Shown here: positions 1-11,610 of the stretch, one piece after another | How the letters are laid out: every line of letters begins with the position of its first letter | Position numbering within the stretch: position 1 is the stretch's first letter | Assembly (NCBI GenBank): GCA_013265495.1 | Contig: MU058252.1 | Location: 1,646,244 to 1,710,243 of the forward strand | Length of the DNA: 64,000 nt | DNA from: Vicugna vicugna | Lineage: Eukaryota | Direction: 5' to 3' | Translations under genes and position numbers: made by a program | Notes under the pieces: generated by a model | What the model was told of the DNA's origin: nothing | Databases searched by the model: none | Seen by the model: the letters and a program-made list of their open reading frames with translations, nothing else

Positions 1-361
1 CGTCTGACAGAAGCAGCTCTGACCTTCGGAGGCTGGTGCTGCGCCAGACCAGACAGCGTCAGCCGACCGCGAGAGGGCTTGGCTTCTCTCCCCCTCAGTT
101 GCCCTGCACCACGCGGGCTCACCCCGGCTGCCCCGACACGGCGTCCCGCGCGGCTGCAGCCGTCGCTGTGACCCTGACCCGACAGAGACGCAGACACAGC
201 TGCTTCCTGCTGCATGTGACAGGCGTGCTCCTGGAAACCTGCACACTGAGCGATTTCCCCGTGAAGAGTCACGCAGAAGCCGCGGTCCTGGATGAATCCC
301 CCTACCTCCTTCTCCTCCCATCCACGTAGCGCTTCCCACCATTTTAGGTAATCATAATGTT

Positions 362-510
362 TTAAAAAATTTTAGTACAGTCAGTTACAATGTGTCAATA
401 TCTTGTAATAACCTTTAATGAAAAAGAATATGAAAACAAATATATGTATATATATGCACGACTGGGACACTGTGCTGTACACCAGAAACTGACACATGGT
501 AACAGTAACT
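362..510. mobile_element. L1 3'-terminal fragment, fold-back (both orientations)
   Basis: 375-399 matches the L1 3' terminus on the minus strand; about 400-505 is the same 3' UTR on the plus strand. Same family as 22226-22357. Confidence 0.7.
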
Positions 511-574
511 TAATTAAGTGACAATGAAAATCTATAACATGTGGTTTGGCTAAGAGGTAGAGTTCTCGTGTGGA

Positions 575-765
575 GCTGAGGGTCGCATTCCAGCTTTTTC
601 CTTTTTCTGGTCAAGAGATCTTTGGAAAGTTTTTTCATCTCCTCTGTGCCTCCCTTTCTCACCCATCAAGAGGAGGTAATAATAGTCGCCAATTTGTAAA
701 GTTGTTTGAGAATTAAACGAGTGGACATGTTGAACAGTTGTAAATACCTGGTCTCTTAGTTACTG
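575..765 (+). mobile_element. MIR SINE, degraded
   Basis: Core resembling MIR: ctctgtgcctccctttctcacccatc...ggtaataatagt...gttgtttgagaattaaacgag. Confidence 0.6.
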
Positions 766-1765
766 ATATATTCCCCACAAAATGAAGGGGATCAAGGAAT
801 CTGCTGTCCTGCGGGCCAGTCCACACGCACGGACTCCAGAGGATCCCAAAGCTGAAATGAGAACTGCCCAGTGAGTGTAGGACTGTGTTACCCTCCGATC
901 AAGACAGCGCTCCCAGGGGCTTGTTTGCAAGGTGCACTCCTTCGTGAAGGGTGAGATTCCCTCTTGCTTCCCAAGATGAATGCTCCGACTTCCATCTGAA
1001 CTTCCCTTGTGTAGCTGACAAGAAGGAAGACCCAGACCTGAAGCTGAGATGTTTTGTAAGTTAGCAAGAGAATTTATTCAGTTTCCAAAGAGGCAGTTTT
1101 ACTTGTAAGAGATCGGTTAGGTCAAAATTACTGGGTTAATTATAGCAAGTTGGTAAGTGACTTGGATTTTCTGTGGGAAACGTCGTTGATAACTCTAAGA
1201 GGAGAGGCCTGGTTTTCTGTAAAATCAGATTCTAACGAAGAGCGAGGCTGCGTGTCACTGTGAATGCAGTGATACTGATCAGATATAGAGCCTGTTAAAT
1301 TTGACCTTAAAGGAAACGTCGTCCCCTTGGCAGGGAGTGCATTTCGTTCTGCTGCAACGCACGTTGCTGTAACAGGAGTGAGCCACGTGCAAGCGGCACT
1401 CGGGAGAGCGTTTTCCGTGTAATGAAGGCAGAAATCACGTTTTTATAAGTGATTTTCCTTAGCATGGAAAAGAAGAGCAAAGGAAACTCAAATTAAGCAG
1501 AAGAAAGAGAACAATAAAGTTAAGAATGCAATCAATGAACCAAACAGCAGATAAACAATAGAGAAAATCAGTGACACCAAATTGGTTCTCGCAGATCAAC
1601 CAAACTGATAAATGTCTAGCAAGACTGATTGGGAAATAAAGAGATAAGGCCCAGATTACCAGGGTCGGGAATGAGAGAGAAATACCCCACACAATAGGGT
1701 AAGAGGATATTGTGAACAATTTATGCCCAAAGTTACACAACTTAGATAAAATGGGTACATTTCTT

Positions 1766-1943
1766 TTTTTGTGTGTGTTTGTTTTTTGGGGGTTTTTTAG
1801 GGAAGAGGAGGTAATTAGGTTTGTTTAAGTATATACTTATGTATTTATTTATTTATTTTAGTAGAGGTACTGAGGATTGAACCCAGGACCTCGTGCATGC
1901 TAAGCACACGCTCTACCACTGAGCTCTACCCTACCCGACCCCA
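1766..1943 (-). mobile_element. tRNA-Ala-derived SINE (camelid Vic-1-like)
   Basis: Reverse complement resembles tRNA-Ala(AGC) followed by an A-rich tail; TSD gggtacatttctt (1753-1765) / gggtaaatttctt (1944-1956). Confidence 0.9.
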
Positions 1944-1956
1944 GGGTAAATTTCTT

Positions 1957-2540
1957 TTTTTTTTCAATTTGATTTTATTGAGTTGTAGTCAGTTTACAAT
2001 GTTGTGCCAATTTCCAGTGTAGAAAACACTTTTTCAGTTATACATGAACATGCATGTGTTCCTTGTTGCATACTTTTTCACTATGAGCTGCAGAACGGGA
2101 GAAAATTTTTGCAAAAGATGAAACTGACAAAGGCTTGATCTCCAGAATATATAAGCAGCTCACATGGCTTCATAAGAAAAAAACAAACAACCCAATCCAA
2201 AAATGGACAGAAGACCTAAACAAGCAATTCTCCAATAAAGACACACAGATGGCCAACAGGCACATGAAAAAATGCTCAGTATCACTAATTATCAGAGAAA
2301 TGCAAATCAAAACTACAGTGAGGTATCACCTCACACCAGTCAGAATGGCCATCATTCAAAAGTCCACAAATGACAAATGCTGGAGAGGCTGTGGAGAAAA
2401 GGGAACCCTCCTTCGCTGACTGGTGGGAATGCAGTTTGGTGCGGCCACTGTAGAAAACAGTGTGGAGATTCCTCAAAAGACTAAGAATAGACTTACCGTG
2501 TGACCCAGGAATCCCAATCCTGGGCTTGTATCCAGAAGGA
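1957..2540 (-). mobile_element. Young L1 with 5' inversion (twin priming)
   Basis: Poly(T) and 3' UTR on minus to about 2090, then ORF2 C-terminus on plus (ORF 2135-2419 ...[19 protein letters not shown]...CWRGCGEKG). Perfect 19-bp TSD accccagggtaaatttctt at 1938-1956 and 2541-2559. Confidence 0.9.
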
Positions 2541-3214
2541 ACCCCAGGGTAAATTTCTTGCAAGAAGAACTATCAAAACTCACTCAGGAAGGAGTAGAAA
2601 TACTGAAAAGCCCAGCATCTATTAAAAAAAATTAAATTTCTAGGTAAAAACCTTCACATAAAGAAAACTATAGCCTTACTGGTGAATTCTATCAAAATTT
2701 AAGGAAGACATAATACCAATGCTACAGAAAGTCTCAGAAAACTGAAGAGGAGAGAATACTTTCCAATTCATTCTCTAAGGCCAGTATTATATTGATACCC
2801 AAACCAGAAAAAGACAACATAAGAAAATAAAATCACAGACCAATATCCATAATGAACTCAGAGGCACATATTCTTAATGAAGTTTTAGCAGTTTGAATCT
2901 AAAAATATGTAAATACATAATACATCATGGCCAACAGGGGTTTATCCAAGGAATGTGAGACTGACATTTACAAATCAGTGCAATTCACTGTATTTACAAA
3001 TACAAAAAGAAAAACCATACGATCATCTTAGTAGATGCAGAAAGAGCATTAGATACAAATCCAGAATCTGTTTCTGACGAAAACGTTCAGTGACTATTAA
3101 GGAAGGAAGGCTTCCTCAGTCCGATGAAGAGACTCTCCCAAATGCCTGCAGCTGATGCTTTACTTGCTGGCAGAAGAGACCTGATACCAGTACCCTTGAA
3201 TGCGCATGTGAAGC

Positions 3215-3730
3215 ACTGGAGTTCCTAGGAAAAATGACAACTTACCCAAACTGACAAAATAATGAAAAGAAAACAATAAATCACTACTGTTGAAGAAGTG
3301 AAAGTTTAAATGAAAACCTTTCTTACAAAAACAGCCCCAGCCCCGGGTGGCTCCTCCATGGAATTCCACCAAACGTGTATGGAAGAAATAACTCCAATCA
3401 GAACTCTTCCGGAGGATGGAAAGAGAGGAAACCCTTTTCAACTCAAGGTCACAATAACCTTCATGCCAGCACCCAGAGAGAGAAGACGTGAGAAGGCAGA
3501 CGTACAGACCACTGTCCCTCAAACATAGAGGTGATTATTCTGAGCACAGATTCAGCAAACTGACTCCAGCAATATGTTATACACCACACATCAGCTGGGT
3601 TATTCCGGGAAGGCAAGGCGGGCTGAATATTAAAGAAAAATAAAATAATCTAATTCATAACATTAACAGAATAAAAAAATCAAAATCATAGGATCATCTC
3701 AATAGAGTCAGAAGAAAGGTGTGTGATAAT
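3215..3730 (+). mobile_element. Second old L1 ORF2 fragment
   Basis: Covers the same ORF2 segment as 2560-3060 (ORF 3310-3528 ...PGG..MEFHQT..EEITPI) but has diverged from it. Confidence 0.7.
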
Positions 3731-3744
3731 TTTTTAAATTTAAT

Positions 3745-5030
3745 TAATTAATTGAACAAGAATGAATGAATAATATGAATCAATTTGTTGATTTACAATA
3801 TTAGATTCAGATGTTCAATATAGTGATTTAGTATTTTTATAGCATATATGCCACTAAAATTTATTACAAATTAATAGCTATATTTTCCTGTGCAATATAT
3901 TCAATATATTCTTGTTGATTATTTACTTAATTTATTTAAAATATTTTTATTTATTTTATACATAATAGTTTGTATCTCTTAAGGCCATTCCCTATCTTGC
4001 CCCTCCCTCTCCCCACAGGTAACCACTAGTTTGTTTTCTGTATCTGCAGTCTGTTTCTGTTTTGCTATATACATTCATTCATTTTATTTTTTAGATCACG
4101 TGTAAGTGATATCATACAGTATTTGTCTTTCCCTGCCTGACTTATTTCACTAAGCATAATCTCTAGGTCTACCCATGTTGCTGCAAATGGAAGAATTTCA
4201 TTCTTTTTTACGACTGAGTAATATTCCATGCTCTCACTGTATACATATATACCACATCTTCTTTATCCATTCATCTGTTGATGGACACTTGCATTGCTTT
4301 CAAATCTTGGCTATTGTAAGTAATGCTGCTATGAACACTGGGTGCATGTAATTTTTTCAAATTAGTATTTTTTTTTTCCAGATGTATACCAGGAGTGGAA
4401 CTGCTGGATCATACGGTAGTTCTATTTTCAGTTGTTTGAGGAACCTCCATTACTGCTTTCCGATTGATGCTGCTGCATCAATTTACATTCCCACCAAGTG
4501 TGCCAGGGTCCCCTTTTCTTCACGTGTCTGCCAACATTTGTTATTTGTGAACTTTCTGATGCTAGCCATTCTGACAGGTGTGAGGTGATATCTCACTGTA
4601 GCTTTAATTTTCATTTCTCTGATGATTAGCGATGTCGAGCATCGTTTCATGTGTCTGTTACTCCATCTCTATGCCTTTTTTGGAAAAATGTCTATTGAGA
4701 TCCTCTGCCCATTTTTTGATTGAGTGTTTTTTTGATATTGAGTTGCATGAGTTGTATGAGTTTGGATATTAACCCATCGTCAGTCACATCATTTGCAAAT
4801 ATTTTCTTCCATTTAGTAGGTTGTCTTTTAGTTTTTCCAGTGGTTTCCTTTGCTGTGCAGAAGCTTTTATGTTTGATTAGGTTCCATTTGTTTAGTTTTG
4901 CTTTTCTTTCCTCTGCCTTAGGAGACAGATACCAAAAAGCGTTGCTATGATTTATGTCAAAGAGTGTTCTGCCTGTGTTGTCTCCTAGGAATTTTATGGT
5001 TTTAGGTCTTACATTTAGGTCTTTAATCCA
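3745..5030 (-). mobile_element. L1 3' UTR plus ORF2 C-terminus
   Basis: Typical antisense L1 (ccatgttgctgcaaatgg, ccacatcttctttatccattcatctgttgatggaca, ttttccttgctgtgcagaagctttt). Confidence 0.9.
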
Positions 5031-5059
5031 TAGCGAAACCTCACTGCAAACTCAGGAGA

Positions 5060-5112
5060 GTGTGGAAGGCTGAATAATGGCCCCTAAAGATAACCCAGAC
5101 CCTGATCCTGCA
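5060..5112 (+). mobile_element. MaLR MLT1 LTR 5' fragment
   Basis: tgtggaaggctgaataatggcccctaaagat resembles the MLT1 5' terminus. Confidence 0.55.
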
Positions 5113-6069
5113 TTTGGAGGGGACCAACGGATCCATAGAGGGTTTGGTTCCTTCCCCCACTTTAGGGCTCTGAGGAAGGGCCGTGCTGTGGGTGAGACAC
5201 CGCGTCTTCCCTGCTGGCTGCCAGAGGCGGGAGGAGTAAATGCCCCGTGGGAGAAAGGTGATCAGCAGGGGCAGGTGAGTGGTGAGGAGCCCCGCCCTTT
5301 CACTTCATTCCCAGGTAAATGGGTCCAAGATGCAGAGGTTCCCTGCGTTCGTTCCCATGACATCTCTCAGGGCTAAGCAGCTAGGTGTGTTTTTTTTGTG
5401 AAGATGTGGCCAGCTCTGAAAAGCACGACCTTTTATCTGCTTTTCCCCTTCCCTGCCTTAGTCCCCCTTTCCCTTCACTCCTGCTTCCTCAAGACTGCAC
5501 CTGGAATCAAACATGAACACATCCTCCTTGCTCTGTGACAGGGAATCACAGACAGAGCAGCGTGCTGTGACAGCGGGTGGGGTCAGAGGAAGCAGTGATG
5601 AGCGGAATTCCGCAAAACAGCGTGCCTTCCTTGAGGGAGATGGCCCCGCCGAGTCACCGTGCAGCGCTCCGGGGCCGACCTGGGTTTGGCAGGTGGCTCA
5701 GTGTTTCCCAACTCTTTAGGGCATGAGGACACTTTCTAACATAAACAAGTGTGTAGGTGCTCATACAACAGCTGTATTGTTTAGTGCCGGTGCTGGAGGT
5801 CTCTGTTTGCCTCTCCAGATGGCTCTCCGCCCTCTCCATCTGCTCAGAGCCCTGACTCCCCAGGTCCCGGGCCCTGCGGCGTCTGGTGGGAGAAGTGGGG
5901 AAGCCTGGGGGAGGACGAGGTCGCCGTGCCGATGTCTCCAACTTCTGCTGCCACGGGGCTGCCTCCTGCAGCTGTGTTTCCCCCTTGGGTTCAGGTGACT
6001 GCCCCTCCCCGCCCCTTCTCCTGTAGCGATGGAAGGCCCTCCACTGACCCCGGCTCTGCAGAGCAGCAC

Positions 6070-6170
6070 CGTGGTTCCTGATTTCTGTGGATTAAGAGTC
6101 CTTGTGTTAAGCTCTTCAATCACCTGCTTTGAGTGTCCATTTATTTCTGTCTGGGACCTTGACTGACACA
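6070..6170 (+). mobile_element. Old ERVL-class LTR 3' end
   Basis: Ends ...tttctgtctgggaccttgactgacaca, typical of old ERVL-type LTR termini; the 5' boundary is unclear. Confidence 0.4.
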
Positions 6171-7684
6171 GTCTATCTTGAGCCGACTCATGGAGTCAGA
6201 AGTATGCTCTGTCTCTGGGAATGTGTTCAGTGCATCTGCACTTTATAAATCACAGTCATGTCACATGTACCCCGGTTGTATGCCTCATCAATACTGTGCA
6301 TTTGTTGTTCAGCCAGGGCTTGGGTTGAGTACAGATTTGTAGACCCCCTTGTAATTACTTCCCAGGTTCCGGCAAGGACCCGGAGCGCTGAGCCTGGGGG
6401 CGCCTGACATTGACACTGGACATGAGGCCAGCAATCACCTTTGCCTGAAAAATTGCTTGTGACTTAGATGTCGTGGTCCCCACCCTGGCTGGAACAGTCA
6501 CCCAAGTTCTTTAGAATGCTGACTCCTAGGCCCCACCCTGTACCTTCTGAGTTTCACGCCCGGGGCCAATGCTGATTGGCCAAGCTTGAGATCAGGGATT
6601 TGAGAAACCAGAGTCCCCCAGAGGGACCTGGGAGTCTGAGTCATAAAAGGCCGGCTTGTGAGAGGAAAGCCCAGCAATGGGAGTGAAGGTTCACTCAGGG
6701 TCCCTCGCCCACCCTGCCAGGGCGCCTGGTGTTTCTGGGGCTCCCTCCTTTCCTGGACACGGAGGAGGTGTTTCCCAGCTGCTCTGGCCACTGTGCTGGG
6801 AGCAGAAGTGGCATGTGTCACTCGGGGCGGGGGGCAGCAGGTAAAGCTGGGGGGGTCTCCATGGGCTCCCCCAGTGCAGTGTCATGCTCAGGGTGGGGGG
6901 CGCTGCAGTGTGCGTGTGTGAGTCATCCACAGGGACCGCTGCCTGGACAGTCTCCAGCCCCACAGTGGACTTTGAGTGAGCCCAGAATAAACCACACTGG
7001 GATAGTTTGGAATGGATTCTAATCACAGCAAATCCGAGCTTAACCCAACTGACCTACCGTTGCCTAGACAGTGCTCAACTGTTGTGACTTATCCTAAAAC
7101 GATAGGGCAGCATGAGAAGATGCTCATAGCACAAGGCTGCATAAAACAAGCAGGCTGTAAAATGGCCTGTACTTGATATGTAGTCGTTGAAAACTACACC
7201 TGGGCATGGGCTCACGCTGGGTGAGAATGCAGGAAAGTTAAAATACTTTGTGACGGTGATGGGGAGCAGGAGCCACTCAGAGGGAAACAGCTTGTCTTTG
7301 AGATGTCCTTAAAGTCCTTGATACGGTTCTAATAGTTTCCTCTCCCCTTTTCTCCTCCTCTTCTTCCTCCTCATTTTACTTTTGAAAGAACTGGGTGGTG
7401 GACATTTCTCAATGGTGATGGTGAGTGGAAATTGCTGGTCCTGTGCGGGGAGATGGAGTCGGGAGGAGGGATCTCGCGAGGCTGCGCCGGCAGGAGCTGA
7501 ACGGCAGCTGCCCCGGAACAGGGCTGCTTGGGGGCTGCACAGTTCTTGGAGGACTTGAATGAGGTTCTGAGAGTGTAAATCTCGACTTTTAGCCTGGTTA
7601 TTTCCAGGTTCATATTTTACGTAAGTAATATTTTTTAAAAAATCAGTTTCTAGTTGTCTTCCATTTGCTAACAATTAGCCTAAA

Positions 7685-7865
7685 GCAGTGGTTCTCAACC
7701 AAGGACAGTTTTGCCTCCCTGGGACATCTGGGCACGTCTGGAGATGTTTTTGGTTGTCTCGACTGTGTGCGGGGTGCTATCTGGGGGGCGGAGGCCACGG
7801 AGGTGCCCACACCCCACCACACACAGGCAACCCCACAACTGAGAGCTGTGGGGCTCAGGTGCTAA
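7685..7865. mobile_element. MER20-like hAT DNA transposon
   Basis: cagtggttctcaacc...ttttgcctccc...ggacatctgg..cgtctggagatgtttttggttgtc. Confidence 0.8.
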
Positions 7866-8518
7866 CGGGGCTGCTGGAGGAGGCTGGCCTGAGAGCCTTT
7901 AAAGGAGGACGGGTTTCTGTCTCTTCCTGCTGCAAGATGCGAGAGCTCCAGGGAAGGATGAAGGTTCAGGCGACCCCACGTGCAAGGCCAGCTCCCCACC
8001 CCCCGGGGCCCCCCATCTCTGCAAAGGGGGCGCTTGCTTCCCCGGGAGCTCTTCCTTCATGCCTCCTGAGAGGCTGCGGATCTTTCTTTGCTGCCGGGCA
8101 GGCCCAGGGTGCCCGGGAGCGCTGAGTTCCTGGGGAGCAGGCGGGAGAGCTCAGCTTGGCCTTGTCTGATCCCACCTGCTTGGAGGGAACTTGCAGTGTT
8201 CTGCTGGTAGATTCTAAGGTCAACCAGTGGGCATTGCTGGAGAACATTCTAGAGGCAGGCTCATTTGGGGGAGTGGAGCTGGTGTGTATTCTGTAGGGGG
8301 TGTGGAGGTGGCCGCCCTGTCCCTCTTCGGAGAGGGGCCTGCAGCCCCAGATGCTGGGAGGCCATCAGGACCTGTCTCAGGCACAGAGCTGCATCAGCTG
8401 CGAAGCCCTTCTGCCGTCCTGGGTGGCCGCCTCCGACGCCCAGTTGTGGACGGGATACAGAGTCCGGCCCGGAGGCCCGGGGCCGCAACTCTGCAGCACC
8501 CCGCGTGCCCGGGGGCTC

Positions 8519-9720
8519 CTGTGGGGCTGGCCCAGGCTTTGCGGAGCCGGAAGCTCCTCCTGTGCCCAGTGCCGCACCCGTCCCGGCCCAGGTGTTCATG
8601 CCTAACTGGTGGCCCTCACTGAGACGCCATCGCAGCCTCCTCCCAGGGAAGCCAGGGAAGCTGTGACGGGGCACGGGGCATTCTGGAGGCCCGACAGCCC
8701 GTGTTCCAGGGCTTCCAGAAGGGACTGGAGTGCAGGAGGCTGCTCAGGAATGGAAACGTCAAGGCCTTTGACACAAAGTCACCGCCAGCTGCTGAGACGG
8801 CGCGTTCGCTGGGTGAGGTTGTCCTTGGCAGTGATTCATGTCGGGCTGTGCGTTCTCTTGGCTGCACTACCCCTGACAAGACGAAGTGCTTTCCTTATGC
8901 GCCAAATCCCCCAGTAAGGGCTTCATTGTCTCGTTCCCCTGTGAGAAGTGACGAGTGAACTTGGTAGTTCTCTGTTCCACCTTCATCAATAAAAAATGTT
9001 TCTGGTCGGCTTATTCCTGTTGATTCTTAATGAAGTGGTGTTTTATGAGGTGCCATTCAGCTCTCAACTTCAGAAAGAGTCAGGGATCTGTGGCGTGGCA
9101 AAGTGGATGCATTAAACGTCGGAATGTGTATTAATGGCTGTGTGCATACCTAACGCGGTGAGATAAATACACAGTTATCAGGGATTTAATGCACCTCATG
9201 CAGAAAAGGATATATCACACATTAAAACATAATTATGGCTGGAAATAGAAGTAGATCACATGCTAAACCAGATTCATTCCTGCCTCAAATACATCACCCG
9301 CTGAGCCAGACAGAAGACATACTGTGTCTGACACCTCACCGCCTCGCCCAGGCCCGCGGCCCCTGATTTCACTACAGCGCTAATACACTAAATGGGTGAC
9401 TGCCCCTTGCCTGAAATACATTGTCACCTAGTGAAGAATGTCTTTGTGATGGAGAGCATGGACCGAAAATTAAATCCATGCTATGGTCTGGGAAGTGCAG
9501 TTAGAACAGGCGGGCTGCGGTGGGCGGGCCTGGCTCTCCAGGACCTGGTGGGAGGCTGGTCGTGGGAGGAGGAGGCAGCTCCCATCTGTAAGTCACTCAA
9601 CAACCTGTGACCACAAGCCAGGTCAGCTCTCCTCCAGAGAAACGGAAGAGGCAGCCCCAGAGCCAGCCTCCCGCCCTGTGGTTACGGGGGTGCTGTGGGG
9701 CTGGCCCAGGCTTTGTGGAG
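8519..9720 (+). repeat. 28-bp direct repeat pair (8519-8546 and 9693-9720)
   Basis: ctgtggggctggcccaggctttgYggag, 27/28 identical. Confidence 0.9.
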
Positions 9721-9874
9721 TGGTCATAGGGGTGACAGGGGTCTGCCACAGAGGCAGGCTGGCGGTGCCTTTGGCTTGTTCTGGGCTTGGCCTGTCTGAA
9801 CCATGCTTGCTGTTCAATTTCTTCCGCCCCACCTCCTCTGAAACTACAGGGTCTCTAAAAGCTCCCTCTGACTT

Positions 9875-9976
9875 ACAAAAAAAATTTTTTTTTAAATGGA
9901 GGTACTGAGGATTGAACCTAGGACCTTGTGCATGCTAAGCACACGCTCTACCACGGAGCTATACACCCCGTCACTT
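9875..9976 (-). mobile_element. tRNA-Ala-derived SINE (Vic-1-like)
   Basis: tRNA-Ala-like body; TSD tccctctgactt at 9863-9874 and 9977-9988. Confidence 0.9.
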
Positions 9977-10244
9977 TCCCTCTGACTTTTATTCCCAAAA
10001 CCCTCAGAGGTTCCCCTGGCAGCCACGTCAGGACGCTCATCTGTGGTTGGAAGTGGGGGCAGAACACTTGAAGCCACTCACGTATGGACTGCTGGCAGAT
10101 CGGGGCTGACAGGGGACCCTTTGGTAATTCAGTCCCTCTTTGAAAGAGCTCCACCACTCTGTGAGCAAGTGACAGAGTGGCCCCAGCCTGCCCGTGACGT
10201 ACCTGGCAGTTCTCAAAATCAAACTGCGCAGGGTTGCCACCTGG

Positions 10245-10745
10245 CATGGGGAAGAGAGACTTGCTAGACGTGCAGTGTGCTGGGTCCCACCCCGAAGCCT
10301 CTGATTCTGTAGACCCGGATGGGGCCCAGGGATCTGTGTTTTTTATCAAGTACTTGCTATGGATTGGATTGTGTTCCCCCCAAATCCATACATTGAAGCC
10401 TCACCACCTGCTGTTTTTAGAGATACGGCCTTTACAGAATTAAGGATAAATGAGTCAAAAGGGCGGGGACCCTGCCCTGACAGGAGTAGTGGCCTTGTAA
10501 GAGCAGACGGGAGCGGGCTGGCTCTCTGTCCACCACGTGAGGACATGGTGAGAAGGCTGCCGTGTGCGAGCCACGAAGAGAGCCCCACCAGCACCCAGGC
10601 TGGCCGGCTCCTTGTCTCGGACGTGAGTCTCCGGCGCTGTGGGAAGGCGTATTGCCGTGTCTAAGCCACCTGGTGCGTGATGCTCTTTAACGGCAGCCGG
10701 CGCTGGCTGGCGCAGCACTGCGGGTGCTTCTGGCGCAGGGTCACG
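10245..10745. mobile_element. MER5-like DNA transposon split by an MLT1 LTR
   Basis: gggtcccacccc..gcctctgattctgtag...ggggcccaggg.atctgtgttttt; continues briefly after 10719. Confidence 0.65.
10355..10714 (+). mobile_element. MaLR MLT1 solo LTR
   Basis: tgctatggattggattgtgttccccc...CA end; 5-bp TSD gtact/gcact. Confidence 0.85.
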
Positions 10746-11489
10746 CTACAGACAGGGAATCAAGGATGTCACAGCTTGTTGTGTTGTTAGAATCCACAGG
10801 TGAGCCCTGGCCTGCAGCCTGGGTTCTCCCGCTGCGTCCGTCTGCCTTTGTGCGGGGCCAGCACTGGTTCGCCCCTATGGCTGGCGGTGGACGGAGGTAA
10901 GGCGCCTGCGTTGTGCCCACAGGTGCGCAGGGCGGTGAGGCTGCTTTCATGTCCTGTTCATGTCAGCCTCGTGCCAACTTCTGCGTCATCTGGTGTGGCA
11001 GGTCCTACAGCCCCTGTTTACAGACAAGCACTTTGATGGTCAGGGAAGGGAGATTACAGGCTTAAGCTCCCCCAGGCAGAGAACGGCTGAGTCAGGATGG
11101 TTTGGACCCAAGTCCATCCCCCTCTTTTTATCATGTCAGGTCACCATGACCCCTGACGTGGCCGCCTCCCCAGTGGCTCCTCTCCTGTGACTGTCTTGGC
11201 TTTGCCACTGTCTGCGAGTGTTTGTGGCCAGAGCCTGGGGGCGTCTGGGCACATGGTTCATCTTTTCTGAAGCCCTGCGGGTGGCCTGCTGGTGACATCC
11301 CTGAATTGACTGGGCCCGTTCCACCTGCCTCCGTCTTCACTCCCTTCTGGGTCTGGAGGTCAGAGAGGAGCCTCTTCCCAGGGCCACGGGCCTGGCGGTG
11401 TTTTACCAAGACTGCTTCCTGGAGCTGCCTCCGTGGTTGTGAGACTGTCCTTTTACCTTCAGGTGGAAAGCCCATTCCGGGAAGGTACA

Positions 11490-11610
11490 TTTTTTTTTTC
11501 CAATTGATTTCTTGTCAGGTCTAACAAGATCAATCAAATCATATGGCCAATAAAACTGATTTAGCACTCATACGGTCCCATGACATCTCATCTGCGCAGA
11601 GGATGAATGA
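11490..11610. promoter_or_regulatory. Candidate enhancer (MEIS/PBX/HOX13 motif cluster)
   Basis: TGTCA 11513-11517, ATCAATCA 11529-11536, CATATG 11540-11545 and CCAATAAAA 11547-11555 within 45 bp of non-repetitive DNA. Confidence 0.45.

Larger units (their letters stand above)
1460..3160 (+). mobile_element. Old L1 ORF2 fragment, interrupted by a SINE and a younger L1
   Basis: A-rich L1 ORF2-like sequence (accaaaaccagaaaaagac, gatgcagaaagagcatt) with many stops; resumes after the 1766-2559 insertions. Confidence 0.8.
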
